In this document: positions 1 to 10,532 of the stretch, piece by piece
How the letters are laid out: each line of letters begins with the position of its first letter
Numbering within the stretch: position 1 is the stretch's first letter
Made by a program: the position numbers and the translations under genes
NCBI GenBank assembly: GCA_046297395.1
Contig: JBKCNM010000105.1
Location: 14,230 to 78,229, forward strand
Reading direction: 5' to 3'
DNA: 64,000 nucleotides
Origin: Bacteroidota bacterium
GTDB lineage: Bacteria > Bacteroidota > Bacteroidia > UBA4408
Notes under the pieces: generated by a model
What the model was told of the DNA's origin: nothing
Database searches by the model: none
The model's input: only the letters and a program-made list of their open reading frames with translations

Positions 1-140
1 TTGCTCACAGAAGCAACTATTTCCGGATTTTCGTCATAAAATCCGACTAGAGAGACTAAAGGGATATCCGGAAGCTGTTTGAGATGGATTTTTCCCAGGT
101 GGCCAGCTCCCACCAATCCTATACTTAAGGGTTTTTCCAT
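1..140 (-). CDS. Gfo/Idh/MocA-family NAD-binding oxidoreductase, first 46 codons only (gene runs off the left edge)
   Basis: My reverse-complement translation from the ATG at 140..138 reads MEKPLSIGLVGAGHLGKIHLKQLPDIPLVSLVGFYDENPEIVASVS. This is a Rossmann GxGxxG start typical of the family. It is absent from the ORF track because the window truncates it. Confidence 0.5.
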   Translation of the reverse strand, partial: MEKPLSIGLVGAGHLGKIHLKQLPDIPLVSLVGFYDENPEIVASVS

Positions 141-220
141 AGGTTAGCAGCAACAAATGTATTCCCCCTTCAGATTGGGTTTACAGGAAAGAGGATTTAC
201 TTTTTAACCCGTCTTTGTTA

Positions 221-1504
221 TTAGCCGATAAACAGGCCTGCAAGGGTTGCGCTCAGATAAGAAGCGAGGGTTCCGCAGATGAGGGCTTTAAAACCCAGTC
301 TGGCAAGATCGGTGCGGCGCTCCGGAGCAAGCTCCCCGATGCCTCCCACCTGAATGGCGATAGATGAAAAATTTGCAAATCCGCAAAGGGCAAAACTCAC
401 AACCAAAACCGATTTTGCCGAGAGCACATTGCTTTTCAGCAAAGCCGAAAGGTCTGAATAAGCAACAAATTCATTAATCACAATTTTGGTTCCAAGCAAT
501 CCACCCACCTCATGGGCATCTTTCCAAGGCACTCCCATGGTCCATGCAAACAAACTAAATACCGAGCCCAGAATCTCTTTTAAACTCAATTTGGATACAT
601 CAATTCCCAAGGCGGAGAGCGACACACCTGATCCGTACAATCCTCTGCCCATCCATCCCAGCAGATAATCAACCATGGCGATGAGTGCAATAAAACCGAT
701 AAGCATCGCCAATACATTCAAAGAAACCTTTAAGCCATCTGAGGCACCATGGGAAATGGCATCCAGCAGATTGGCATGCGATTTACTGATTTCAAGTTTA
801 ACTTGCCCTTTGGTGGGAGATTCCTCTGTTTCGGGATACACAATCTTGGAAATAACAAGGGCACCGGGAGCAGCCATCAAGCTGGCAGCAATCAAATACG
901 GGGCAGGAACACCCATGGAAATATATACCGCCATTACACCACCGGCAATACAAGCCATACTGCCACTCATGGAAGCAAGCAATTCACTTCTTGTCATGGT
1001 ACCTATATAAGGTTTAATCATGATTTGTGCTTCCACCTGACCCACGAACGCACTTGCCACATTGCTGAGAGCCTCACTTCCGCTTACACCCATCAGAAAA
1101 TGAACCACCCTGGCAATGAGCGAAACTATCCTTTGCATCAGACCAATATGATAAGCTATGGATACAAGTACACTTACAAAAATGATGGTAGGCATGATTT
1201 TAAAAATGAAAATAAACCCGCTTCCCATACCAAATACTTCATCAAGTCGTTTTCCATTTACCAGAATACCAAATACAAAATCAGCACCCTTGTTTGAAAA
1301 ATCAAGCACCTTGGTAACAGCTGCACCCAGTGCGGCAAACATTTTCTGTCCGAGTGGAATCCTCAGGATAAAAAGTGCAAGCAATGTTTGAATACCCAAA
1401 CCTGAGAGAACCAGCTTGTAGTTGATGGCCTTTCGGTTGTTAGACATAAGAAAGGCAATCAGAACAATTAATGCGATGCCAATGAGTCCGGTGAGTCTTT
1501 CCAT
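221..1504 (-). CDS. NupC/CNT-family concentrative nucleoside transporter
   Basis: 427-aa polytopic membrane protein. The N-terminus MERLTGLIGIALIVLIAFLMSNNRKAINYKLV and the overall layout match NupC-family permeases. Confidence 0.8.
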   Translation of the reverse strand: MERLTGLIGIALIVLIAFLMSNNRKAINYKLVLSGLGIQTLLALFILRIPLGQKMFAALGAAVTKVLDFSNKGADFVFGILVNGKRLDEVFGMGSGFIFIFKIMPTIIFVSVLVSIAYHIGLMQRIVSLIARVVHFLMGVSGSEALSNVASAFVGQVEAQIMIKPYIGTMTRSELLASMSGSMACIAGGVMAVYISMGVPAPYLIAASLMAAPGALVISKIVYPETEESPTKGQVKLEISKSHANLLDAISHGASDGLKVSLNVLAMLIGFIALIAMVDYLLGWMGRGLYGSGVSLSALGIDVSKLSLKEILGSVFSLFAWTMGVPWKDAHEVGGLLGTKIVINEFVAYSDLSALLKSNVLSAKSVLVVSFALCGFANFSSIAIQVGGIGELAPERRTDLARLGFKALICGTLASYLSATLAGLFIG

Positions 1505-1587
1505 ATCGTTTGCGATTCAAATAATGATCTTACAATGATAGGAAATGTTAGACACCATCAGCGTCTTGAAGGAGAAATTTTGGATTC

Positions 1588-2823
1588 TTAGGAGGCCTGA
1601 CTTTGGGTAATCTGAGAAACTCTATATAAGCCGTAAACACAAATAACCATGATTCCGCAAGTAACATAACCCAATGTATTGAAGTGGAGCAAAGGCGTAT
1701 TTCCACCGGGCTGTTTCACAATCCACCCGGCGAATAGGGATCCCAGACCTCCTGCCATTTGTTGCATGGAAGCATTGATACTCATAAAAGCCCCGCGATC
1801 GGCAGGCAAAGGTAAACCGGAGATGGTGGCCGAGGCAGGAACAGCTCTGCCCATAATTCCAACAAAGAGAAGAATGTTTCCGATAATGGCAAGCCATAGA
1901 GGAGTATGTCCAAAATTGGTATATATACATACCATGATCATTGCCCATATGGAGGCTCCTGTAAAAATGTAAAAACGGTTATAACGATCGGAAATTCTGC
2001 CAATCATTGGCATGGTGAAAAGGGTGCTTACTCCTGTGCTGAAAAATACCCAGGGCAACTGCTCGGGAGTAATGCCCATATTGTTTATGGCGAAGGCACT
2101 GCTAAAAGGCATAATCATAAATGCACCTATGGACAGCATGGCTGTGGTAGCAAAACCCATCAGGTATTTTTTGTTCAGGAGCGTGTTGCTTACATGAACA
2201 AAAGCGTTTGTACCATTATTTTCATGAAGATGACGGTTGACAGGTTTCAAGTATAAAAGCATGTACAATCCTATCAGCAGCGCCATGCCAACAAGGGCAT
2301 AGAAAGGCATGTTCCAGCCAAAATGCACAGCCATAAATAAACTGAACGGAATACCCAATACCTGAGAAGCAGAAAATGCCATTTGAATCGTACTCATCAC
2401 CCTGCCGCGTTGCATGGGCTGAAACAAATCGGTTACAATAGCCAATGAAACAGAACCAATGACTCCCCCGAATATGCCAGTGATAATTCTAGCGGCCAAC
2501 AACATCTTGTAGGTATTTGCGATGCCGCAAAAGAGGGTTCCCAAAATGAAACCGGCATAAAAAAATGTCAGCAGACTTTTTCTGTCAAACTTATCAGCGA
2601 AACCTGCCGCCAGAAGTCCGGATGCTGCGGCAGAAAAAGCATACGCGGATACCACATGACCAAATCGTTCGGGGTTTAACTGCAGACCTTTCAACAAAAA
2701 ATCACCCAATGGAGAGATGACCATAAAATCCAGAACCACCGTAAACTGCATAAGTGCAAGGATAACGAGTACCCGCTTCTGATAGGGGGTGAAAGAGACA
2801 GTGCCTGGTTTTTCTTTAATCAT
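1588..2823 (-). CDS. MFS transporter
   Basis: 411 aa with about 12 hydrophobic segments. An MFS loop motif (GFADKFDRKS) follows TM2. Confidence 0.8.
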   Translation of the reverse strand: MIKEKPGTVSFTPYQKRVLVILALMQFTVVLDFMVISPLGDFLLKGLQLNPERFGHVVSAYAFSAAASGLLAAGFADKFDRKSLLTFFYAGFILGTLFCGIANTYKMLLAARIITGIFGGVIGSVSLAIVTDLFQPMQRGRVMSTIQMAFSASQVLGIPFSLFMAVHFGWNMPFYALVGMALLIGLYMLLYLKPVNRHLHENNGTNAFVHVSNTLLNKKYLMGFATTAMLSIGAFMIMPFSSAFAINNMGITPEQLPWVFFSTGVSTLFTMPMIGRISDRYNRFYIFTGASIWAMIMVCIYTNFGHTPLWLAIIGNILLFVGIMGRAVPASATISGLPLPADRGAFMSINASMQQMAGGLGSLFAGWIVKQPGGNTPLLHFNTLGYVTCGIMVICVYGLYRVSQITQSQAS

Positions 2824-2953
2824 ACTTTCGTGAATCCAACAAAGTTTAATGCAATGTACATTCTTTCATTGAATGCCATTTGTAATTTCTGCCTGAGTCA
2901 ACAGACGCAAATCAGAAAATTAGAGCCTCTCCTTCCCAGAGGAAATGGATGAA

Positions 2954-3958
2954 TCAGTGAGTGGTTTTTAGAAATCCTGAATGATACACATGCTTTTGAT
3001 TGGCAAATTCGAGAAAGTAATAACCATCTGAAAGTTCGTTGATATCTATGCCTACCGATATACTTCTTAAGGTGTTTAGCACTAGCGATTTTACCAATAC
3101 TCCCCAGGAAGTATAAATGCTCAGTGAACCTGCATCTGCCTTTTCATTTTCCGGCAATGAGATAAAAATTTGATGACTTACCGGATTGGGAAACACCTTT
3201 AGTGAACTTTTTTGTGAATGGTTTTTAATGCCTGAAAAGCCGGGTTGGTTGTGACTACCGGGAGTGAGTATACCATCACCGGAAGGAAAGTTGCTACTCA
3301 CTTCAAGCGAATCAAACTGCAGGCTTGAAGCCATTCCTGTAAGATCTCCGCAATACCAGGCAGCGCTTGAGAAAGGAGTGGTGTTGTTGTAAAAGCGAAC
3401 CGCAGCATCTGGTGTACCGGATAGCTGCGAAAGAATTGCTCCCCCGTATACAATGGCGGATGGATTGCCATTTGTCCATCCCACTGCATCCATCATGATA
3501 GCTCCGGGAGGCAATTCCAATGTACCATCATTCGTAGTGTCATAATCTGTACCAACCACAAAAGGTACGGGACTAAAAAATACTGCAAAGGTGTTGCTTC
3601 CATTTTCGATGATGCCACCGGGAATGCCGAAAAGAAGTGTATCCTGAAAAATACAATCATCCGGAATACCCTGATAGCCCAGAGAAGTTGCAAACAGCAT
3701 GATTCCTGAACTACCCAGGGTTTTGTTATTGATTCTAAAAACCCTGTCGAGCACTCCCGGATTGCTTGAATCACCCTCAATGATGCATACATAAATATTG
3801 TTGAGCGTTGCATTGGGCGTACCCCTGATTTCTATAAACTCATAGGGATCATCATTGCCGGGTGCATTTACTTTCAATTCATTGATCAACACCTGTGCAG
3901 GCAACTGTGTGGTTAAAAAAAATGCAAGGATAAAAATTGTGCGTAAGGTTTTTTTCAT
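2954..3958 (-). CDS. Secreted lamin-tail-domain (LTD) protein with type A T9SS C-terminal sorting domain
   Basis: Signal peptide MKKTLRTIFILAFFLTTQLPAQ. LTD-like start LINELKVNAPGNDDPYEFIEIRGTP. C-terminus KVFPNPVSHQIFISL...GYYFLEF is a typical Por secretion tail. Its ATG overlaps the upstream stop as ATGA. Confidence 0.7.
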   Translation of the reverse strand: MKKTLRTIFILAFFLTTQLPAQVLINELKVNAPGNDDPYEFIEIRGTPNATLNNIYVCIIEGDSSNPGVLDRVFRINNKTLGSSGIMLFATSLGYQGIPDDCIFQDTLLFGIPGGIIENGSNTFAVFFSPVPFVVGTDYDTTNDGTLELPPGAIMMDAVGWTNGNPSAIVYGGAILSQLSGTPDAAVRFYNNTTPFSSAAWYCGDLTGMASSLQFDSLEVSSNFPSGDGILTPGSHNQPGFSGIKNHSQKSSLKVFPNPVSHQIFISLPENEKADAGSLSIYTSWGVLVKSLVLNTLRSISVGIDINELSDGYYFLEFANQKHVYHSGFLKTTH

Positions 3959-6957
3959 CGGAGAATTGTGATGTATCCTGTTAACAAGCGATTGCCGCCA
4001 TTTTCTTCAGTAAATTCAATGTAGTAGGCGTACACGCCTGTAGGCAAGGCCAAGCCTTTGCTATTGCCATCCCATAAAGCTGTGCGGATATCGTCATTGG
4101 TGTAGACAGGAAAACCCCATCTGTCGAACACTTCAATCCTCCCGCCAAGCACTGTTTCGGAGCATGCTATACCGAAATAATCATTGATCCCATCTCCATT
4201 CGGGCTAAAACTGTTGGGTACAAAAAGAGCAGGATCGAACACTTCCCTTTTGTAACATTGCAAGACAATGGTATCATTTTTTATGATATTAAAACTGACG
4301 GTTTCATGCATACTGTCAGGAAGCAAATCATGGTGGCGGGAAAACCATCTTTCAAAAAGGTATTTGTTTCCCAAGCTTTCATAATCCAATGTAACAGGTT
4401 CTCCTAAAGTGAAGTCCTGTTGAAAAAGATTGTTTGTGAGTGAAGCACCGTTTAATTTGATGGCACAAGCTCCGGGCGGGTTGGAGAGAAGTGTTAACAG
4501 TGGCCTGAACACCGGTAGAAACTCAACGAATATGGTATCTCGGTGATTCACCTGAAAGGCAACATCCGGAAGTGTATCGGAAGGAGCAAGTGTATGATGA
4601 GAGGCGGAATAACGATAAAAGAAATAGCCCGTATTGGCAAGTGCAGAAATAGCTACCGGCATGCCCGGAAAATAATTGAGCGTAAATGGGGGATTAGGAT
4701 AGGAGATTCCATTGATAAATATATTACCTGAGCCGGGAGGCTGAACGATGTAGGTAATATCATGGGTAATGATTTCTTCAAAATGAGCCACAATGGAATC
4801 AACTGTATCAATAAGAAATTCCGTAGCACTGCTTAATGTGTCCGGCAGGAGCGTATGATGAACCGTTTCCCAATAGGCAAAGGTGTATCCTGTTGATGGG
4901 GTAGCCAAAAGATTGCCATTTACATTTCCAAAATAAGAACCCGTATCAGGGTAATTCGCAAATGTTTGTTGGTTAAAGGCAATGGTACCTGCCCCGGGAG
5001 GATCTACATCAAAAACAATCCTATGTCTTCCGCTCACATCATAACAATCCACTATACCACTGTCAATCACATTGCAGCGCCCTTGTATTTGACTCCTTAA
5101 ATAATTAAGATTGCTTTGCCAGCCTGACATGCTTCCTCCCCATCTGTTGATTTGAGCAGGCATTTCAGGTAAGAGTGTGGCAACAATGCTATCCAAATGA
5201 GCAAGCACATATTCGCAATCAAGGTATGAATTGAGCATTTCTGACCAACGATTGGCAAATCGCATCTTAAAATCAGGATTCGCCATGAGGCGGCCAAACA
5301 TATCAAGATGACCCATATTGGGGCCGGCATTCTGAAAATTGTTGTTTAAATCGCAGGGATTTGCCTGAAAACCTGTGGTAGGCCAACCTGAGAAATTTTG
5401 TCCAAGATCAAAGGTGTTGTCCATGTCCCACAAAGCATATCTCCATTTTACATGAGGAGAACCCGTGCCTCTCCACCACATGGTGTTCCAGTTGATCCAG
5501 TCGCTGTTCACAGAAAAAGTATTGATGATCATGTAATCAATCACACTGGAAATATCAATACGGTTACACACACTCTGGTAATTGGCATTCACCGAAAGGT
5601 CATTATTCATCATGTAGTTATACAGATCTACCCAATCGGCATCGCTTCCGTATCGAATGGTCAATCCTCCCCAGTAACTCAAAAAATCCAAATCCTCTTC
5701 CGTCTGGTTGTGATAATACTCAGTATAATCAGGATCATTCACCTTTTCTCTGATTTCATATAATCCCCAATACTGACCATTGATATACAACACACAACTT
5801 TCGGCACTTCTTAAATCCACATTCATATGTGCCTTTTGTGCAAGCGTTTGAATGAACATATCCCGCAGGTGACAACCCATTGGTGGACCAAAAGGATAAT
5901 TGTCGGAAGCCCCGGCCTTGAGCATGATGCGCTGAAACTCCTGCCTTGGTTTGGTATGAAAAATTGGATAGTCTATCTCTTCATCATAGCCGTACTGATC
6001 TCTTACCACAAAATCAATTCCTTTTTGGGGATAAGCCCAAGAATCATTTCCATGAGGATCTACTTCCCCATAACTCTCAAACCTGAGCACCTTGTTTACA
6101 TCATAATATTCGAGAGAGGAAAGGATTTCAAACATACTGTTTGAAAACAGATTATCGTAATTATCAGAGCCAACGGAAATCACGGGAAGGCTATGATTCA
6201 CATTGATAAAATAAGTGTTGGTTTCAATGAAGCCATCCAGGTAGTCAGGAGAGTTGCTGAAGCACCTTGACCGAATCATGGTGGTATTATTTACGCTTAT
6301 GGGGGTGCTAAAAACGGGAGAGTTGGAAACAGGCTCTTTTCCATCCAGGGTATACCTGATGGTTGAAGATAGAATTGAACCTTGTAATGAAATCGTTTGA
6401 GGAGTGGTGTAAAATCCAGCCGGATGAGAGAACAAGGGCCGTGGGATATAATCCACAAAGCCAGGATTATTGGCTGCACCGGGAGTGGGAATACTAAATA
6501 CCCCGAGTGTTTGTGCGGTGATGTTTCGCCGTCCCCTTGAATGTCCTGATTGAGTGGGTTGAATACTGAGTGAATCCAGGATGTTTCCTGATGGATCTGC
6601 GAAGACTATTTCTTCAGAAAAATTACTTTGGGTGAGTTTGAATCCTGTATGATAATTGCTTCCCGACACCAGATTTTTTCCTGAAGCAAAAAACAGGATG
6701 TATCCGTTGGCCGGGATGATTACTCCATTAGGAATTTGCCATTTGGTGGGCTGTGAAGCATTGTCGCTCAGGTAAAATCCTGTGATGTTTGCAGCCAGCG
6801 CAGAGGTATTCCTGAGTTCTATCCAATCCTCGAATTCACCAAAATTATCGGCAAAAGAATTTCTGTTGGCACAGGAATACTCGTTGATGATAATCTGGGC
6901 ATGAAGGATGCAAGGAAGAAAAAAGAAAGAGATGACTAAGCTGTTGATGAAGCGCAT
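3955..6957 (-). CDS. CotH kinase-family protein with N-terminal LTD, Fn3/chitobiase-C-like module and type B T9SS (gliding-motility-associated) C-terminal domain
   Basis: 1000 aa with a signal peptide. LTD: IIINEYSCANRN...WIELRNTS. CotH-like blocks: VLYINGQYWGLYEIREKVND, NSDWINWNTMWW and YALWDMDNTFDLG. C-terminus: FVPNSFSPNGDGINDYF...YITILR. Confidence 0.8.
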   Translation of the reverse strand: MRFINSLVISFFFLPCILHAQIIINEYSCANRNSFADNFGEFEDWIELRNTSALAANITGFYLSDNASQPTKWQIPNGVIIPANGYILFFASGKNLVSGSNYHTGFKLTQSNFSEEIVFADPSGNILDSLSIQPTQSGHSRGRRNITAQTLGVFSIPTPGAANNPGFVDYIPRPLFSHPAGFYTTPQTISLQGSILSSTIRYTLDGKEPVSNSPVFSTPISVNNTTMIRSRCFSNSPDYLDGFIETNTYFINVNHSLPVISVGSDNYDNLFSNSMFEILSSLEYYDVNKVLRFESYGEVDPHGNDSWAYPQKGIDFVVRDQYGYDEEIDYPIFHTKPRQEFQRIMLKAGASDNYPFGPPMGCHLRDMFIQTLAQKAHMNVDLRSAESCVLYINGQYWGLYEIREKVNDPDYTEYYHNQTEEDLDFLSYWGGLTIRYGSDADWVDLYNYMMNNDLSVNANYQSVCNRIDISSVIDYMIINTFSVNSDWINWNTMWWRGTGSPHVKWRYALWDMDNTFDLGQNFSGWPTTGFQANPCDLNNNFQNAGPNMGHLDMFGRLMANPDFKMRFANRWSEMLNSYLDCEYVLAHLDSIVATLLPEMPAQINRWGGSMSGWQSNLNYLRSQIQGRCNVIDSGIVDCYDVSGRHRIVFDVDPPGAGTIAFNQQTFANYPDTGSYFGNVNGNLLATPSTGYTFAYWETVHHTLLPDTLSSATEFLIDTVDSIVAHFEEIITHDITYIVQPPGSGNIFINGISYPNPPFTLNYFPGMPVAISALANTGYFFYRYSASHHTLAPSDTLPDVAFQVNHRDTIFVEFLPVFRPLLTLLSNPPGACAIKLNGASLTNNLFQQDFTLGEPVTLDYESLGNKYLFERWFSRHHDLLPDSMHETVSFNIIKNDTIVLQCYKREVFDPALFVPNSFSPNGDGINDYFGIACSETVLGGRIEVFDRWGFPVYTNDDIRTALWDGNSKGLALPTGVYAYYIEFTEENGGNRLLTGYITILR

Positions 6958-7092
6958 CGTGATAACCCTTTCAAATGTACTTATTTAAACACAGATGGTA
7001 AAAGAAAAAACACAATCAATCAGGACCTTGCAAAGGCCTCTAAAAAATACAATTCAGCGGCAATCATTCTATGACTCAAAGAGCTGCCTCTC

Positions 7093-8847
7093 TCAGGCAA
7101 TTTCTTTGCTTCTCTCACCTATCTGCTGACGCCACATGGCATAATACAATCCCTTTTCTGCAAGCAGTTGTTCATGTGTGCCCTGTTCGGCTACTTTCCC
7201 TTTTTCGAGCACAACAATATTCCCTGCATGCATAATGGTGGAGAGACGGTGTGCAATCAGGATGGTAATGTGAGATCCGGCGGATGAAATATGGCGGATG
7301 GTGTTGCTGATTTCTTGCTCAGTAAGTGAATCGAGGGCTGAGGTAGCTTCATCAAACACGAGTAAGTCGGGTTTTCTCAGCAAGGCACGGGCAATACTCA
7401 GTCGTTGCTTTTCGCCACCGGATACTTTTACGCCCCCTTCGCCGATGGTTGTATCCAATCCCTTTTCTGCTCTTTGCATAAGCGACTGACATGCCGACAT
7501 CTCTAACACCCTGCGGCATTCGTCATCACTTGCGCCGGGTTTAACAAAGGTGAGATTTTCCCTAATGGTTCCGCTGAAGAGCTGGGTATCCTGGGTAACA
7601 AAGCCTATCAATTCCCTGAATTTACCAAAATCGATTTCTTTTCCGCTTCTGCCATTGTAGTGAATTTCTCCCTCCATGGGTTGATACAAACCCACCAGCA
7701 GCTTCACAAGGGTAGTTTTGCCACTGCCGCTTGGTCCAACAAAGGCGATTGTTTCTCCTTTCTTTACCGAGAACGATACCTCTTTTAATGCATATTGATT
7801 GCCTTGCTGATGCCTGAATGAAACATTTTTAAAAGCGAGGGATTCAACAGATTGGATGTGTACAGGATTTACTGGTCTTGTTTCTTTAGGTGTATTCAGG
7901 ATATTGGTGAAATTCTGAAGTGATACCTCTGTTTCCCTGTAAATATTGATGATGTTTCCAAGTTCCTGCAGGGGACCAAAAATGAAGAATGAATAAATCT
8001 GCAAAGAGAACAATTGACCCAAGGTAAGCTTGTCTCTAAAGATGAGATACAAGAGGACAAAAAGAATGCTGCTTCTCAACAGATTGACAAATGTTCCCTG
8101 AAGAAAACTCAGGCTCCTGATGAACCTGACTTTTTTCAATTCTAACTGCAGAATTTTTCCGGTGGTGGCATTCAGTCGCTCTATTTCCTGCTCTGCCAAA
8201 CCCAGGCTCTTCACCAACTCTATATTCCTGAGAGATTCAGTGGTAGAGCCTGCCAGAGAGGTAGTTTGTGCCACAATGGTTTTTTGTATCACTTTTATCT
8301 TCCTGCTCAGAAAACTGCTCATGAGACCCAGCAAGGGAATGGATGCAAAATAAATGGGGGCAATGAGCCAGTGGATGCTAAAGGCATAAACCATCACAAA
8401 GATGACTCCTACAAGGGATGTAAAAACAACATTGACAAAGGCCGCAATCAACTTTTCAACATCAGCTCTCACTTTTTGAAGGATACCGAGAGTTTCGCCG
8501 CTTCTTTGGTCTTCAAACTGTTGATAAGGCAACTCCAAACTATGCTTGAGCCCGTCTGTGTAAATGCGTGCTCCCAGTCTTTGTGTAATTACACTTAAAA
8601 AATAGTCCTGAAAATTCTTTGCGATTCTCGAGACCATGGCCGCGCCCATCGATAGCAGAATCAGACAACCCACCCCATAAATAAATTCCTGGGAAGAATG
8701 TTTTTTTGGAGCAAATGCATATTCATCTACCACCCTCCTGAAGAGGTATGGATCAAGCAAGGAGAAGATTTGGTTAATGGCCGCCAGACTGAGCGCAAGG
8801 AGGATAAGCTTCCAATAGTTTCGCAGGTATTGTAGTAGTAATTGCAT
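7093..8847 (-). CDS. ABC exporter, fused permease/ATPase (MsbA/MdlB-like)
   Basis: Six-TM domain followed by Walker A GPSGSGKTT, signature VSGGEKQR and Walker B LLVFDEATSALD. The track ORF starts at a GTG (8880). The ATG at 8847 (MQLLLQYLRNYWK) looks like the real start. Confidence 0.9.
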   Translation of the reverse strand: MQLLLQYLRNYWKLILLALSLAAINQIFSLLDPYLFRRVVDEYAFAPKKHSSQEFIYGVGCLILLSMGAAMVSRIAKNFQDYFLSVITQRLGARIYTDGLKHSLELPYQQFEDQRSGETLGILQKVRADVEKLIAAFVNVVFTSLVGVIFVMVYAFSIHWLIAPIYFASIPLLGLMSSFLSRKIKVIQKTIVAQTTSLAGSTTESLRNIELVKSLGLAEQEIERLNATTGKILQLELKKVRFIRSLSFLQGTFVNLLRSSILFVLLYLIFRDKLTLGQLFSLQIYSFFIFGPLQELGNIINIYRETEVSLQNFTNILNTPKETRPVNPVHIQSVESLAFKNVSFRHQQGNQYALKEVSFSVKKGETIAFVGPSGSGKTTLVKLLVGLYQPMEGEIHYNGRSGKEIDFGKFRELIGFVTQDTQLFSGTIRENLTFVKPGASDDECRRVLEMSACQSLMQRAEKGLDTTIGEGGVKVSGGEKQRLSIARALLRKPDLLVFDEATSALDSLTEQEISNTIRHISSAGSHITILIAHRLSTIMHAGNIVVLEKGKVAEQGTHEQLLAEKGLYYAMWRQQIGERSKEIA

Positions 8848-8898
8848 AGGGATTTGGCGGGCGCAAAGGTAAGCAAACACGGATACCCCGAAAATCGT

Positions 8899-9528
8899 TT
8901 ATTTATTCCCCCAAATTTGGGCAAATTCGCTGAGCATCATGGCAGTTGCACCCCAAACAGGATAGCCTTCCAACATGTATGCCGGCACGGTGATTTCATG
9001 ATGCTCAGCAACCTTCACTTTTGCATCCTGCTTTGTTTCTTTTTGTAAGAGTGCATCTGCCGGAGCTTTTAAGATTTCCTGCACCTCTCTGGGATCAGGG
9101 TTGAATGGAGGTGTATGATCTACAAAACCTACAAAGGGATACACCAAAAAATTACTCGGAGGAATATAAAGTGGAGTAAGTTCTCCAAGCAGCGTAATAG
9201 AATCGGGATGCACTCCGGTTTCTTCATGCGTTTCGCGGAGTGCTGCCTTATGCATGGCTTCACCGGGCTTGGGTTTGCCACCCGGAAAACTAATCTGTCC
9301 GCTGTGGGTTCCGGCATATTCGTTTCTCCTGATTAGCACAAAAAGTGTTTGCAGGTCTGCATCCGGAAACAAAAGCAAAAGTGTACAACCCGTTCGGGCA
9401 TCATCCGGAATTACATTCTCCCTGAGTTGTTCCAAACGATGATAGGGAGCCATCGGCAACTGATGCGCTCTGCCCGGCAATGGTTTTGTCAGAATTTTTT
9501 GAAGGGAAGTAACATCCCGGTAAAACAT
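8899..9528 (-). CDS. NUDIX hydrolase (CoA pyrophosphatase-like)
   Basis: Nudix box GGKPKPGEAMHKAALRETHEETG. The size and flanks resemble the NudL/CoA pyrophosphatase subgroup. Confidence 0.8.
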   Translation of the reverse strand: MFYRDVTSLQKILTKPLPGRAHQLPMAPYHRLEQLRENVIPDDARTGCTLLLLFPDADLQTLFVLIRRNEYAGTHSGQISFPGGKPKPGEAMHKAALRETHEETGVHPDSITLLGELTPLYIPPSNFLVYPFVGFVDHTPPFNPDPREVQEILKAPADALLQKETKQDAKVKVAEHHEITVPAYMLEGYPVWGATAMMLSEFAQIWGNK

Positions 9529-9588
9529 TTTTCAAAAGTATTAAAACTAAGTGTAAACCATTTTCAGTTATCATTGTTGTCTCCTGAG

Positions 9589-10455
9589 ATGTTAGGTCAG
9601 TTAAAAAATTACTTATCACTTATTAAGTTCAGCCACACCATTTTTGCCCTGCCTTTTGCCTTGGTCGGATGCTTATTGGCTGTCCGAGATGAGCATTTAC
9701 CCTTGCAATGGTCATTGTTGGTAAAGGTTATTCTTTGTATGGTTTTCGCCAGAAGCGCCGCCATGGCTTTCAATCGCTACGCAGACAGGGAGTTTGACAA
9801 AAAAAACCCCAGGACATTCGTTCGTGAAATTCCCTCCGGCATCATCTCTCCCCAATCGGCCATGGCATTTGTCATTTTCAATTGCCTCGCATTCATGGCA
9901 TGCGCCTGGAGCATCAACATGGTTTGCTTTGTCCTTTCGCCGCTGGCTCTTGCTGTAATTTTGGGTTACAGTTATACCAAGCGCTTCACGCCTCTTTGTC
10001 ATTTGGTACTTGGTTTGGGCCTGGCGTTGGCACCCATTGGCGCGTACCTTGCCATCGCGGGTCACTTTGCCCTTGCTCCCCTGCTCATGGCTTCCTGTGT
10101 GTTGTTTTGGGTGGCGGGATTCGACATCATTTATGCCTTGCAGGACATTGACTTTGACAAAAGTCAGCAGCTGCTTTCGATACCGGTATTGTTGGGAAAG
10201 AAAAAAGCGCTGGCACTTGCCCGCGTCCTGCATGTTGGAGCATGTCTCTTTTTGTTTGCCAATGCGATGATTCATCCCTATGCATGGCTGAATTGGTTGG
10301 GAACAGGCATTTTTTCTTCACTTGTCATCTATCAGCATAGCCTGGTGAGCGAGACAGATCTCAGCAAAGTAAATCTCGCCTTTTTTACAACCAACGGTTT
10401 GGCAAGTCTTGCCTACGCTCTTTTTTTTGCAGCGGATCAGTATTTCATCCGGTAG
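9589..10455 (+). CDS. UbiA-family aromatic prenyltransferase (4-hydroxybenzoate polyprenyltransferase-like)
   Basis: Asp-rich motifs NRYADREFDKKNPRT and DIIYALQDIDFD, with about 8 TM segments. I place the start at the ATG at 9589 (MLGQLKNYLSLIKF). The 9349 start would overlap the divergent NUDIX gene. Confidence 0.8.
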   Translation: MLGQLKNYLSLIKFSHTIFALPFALVGCLLAVRDEHLPLQWSLLVKVILCMVFARSAAMAFNRYADREFDKKNPRTFVREIPSGIISPQSAMAFVIFNCLAFMACAWSINMVCFVLSPLALAVILGYSYTKRFTPLCHLVLGLGLALAPIGAYLAIAGHFALAPLLMASCVLFWVAGFDIIYALQDIDFDKSQQLLSIPVLLGKKKALALARVLHVGACLFLFANAMIHPYAWLNWLGTGIFSSLVIYQHSLVSETDLSKVNLAFFTTNGLASLAYALFFAADQYFIR

Positions 10456-10532
10456 CTCTTATTTTCCTTTAAAAAGCCAAAGCATTTTGCAGTTTCAAGG
10501 GCTATTCTCTACATTCACCAAAAAAAAAGTAT

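Noticed and set aside
9349-9588. An 80-codon N-terminal extension of the UbiA-family ORF.
   Set aside because: The extension overlaps the 5' end of the divergent NUDIX gene and has no membrane or family signal. The conserved UbiA sequence begins at the Met at 9589.
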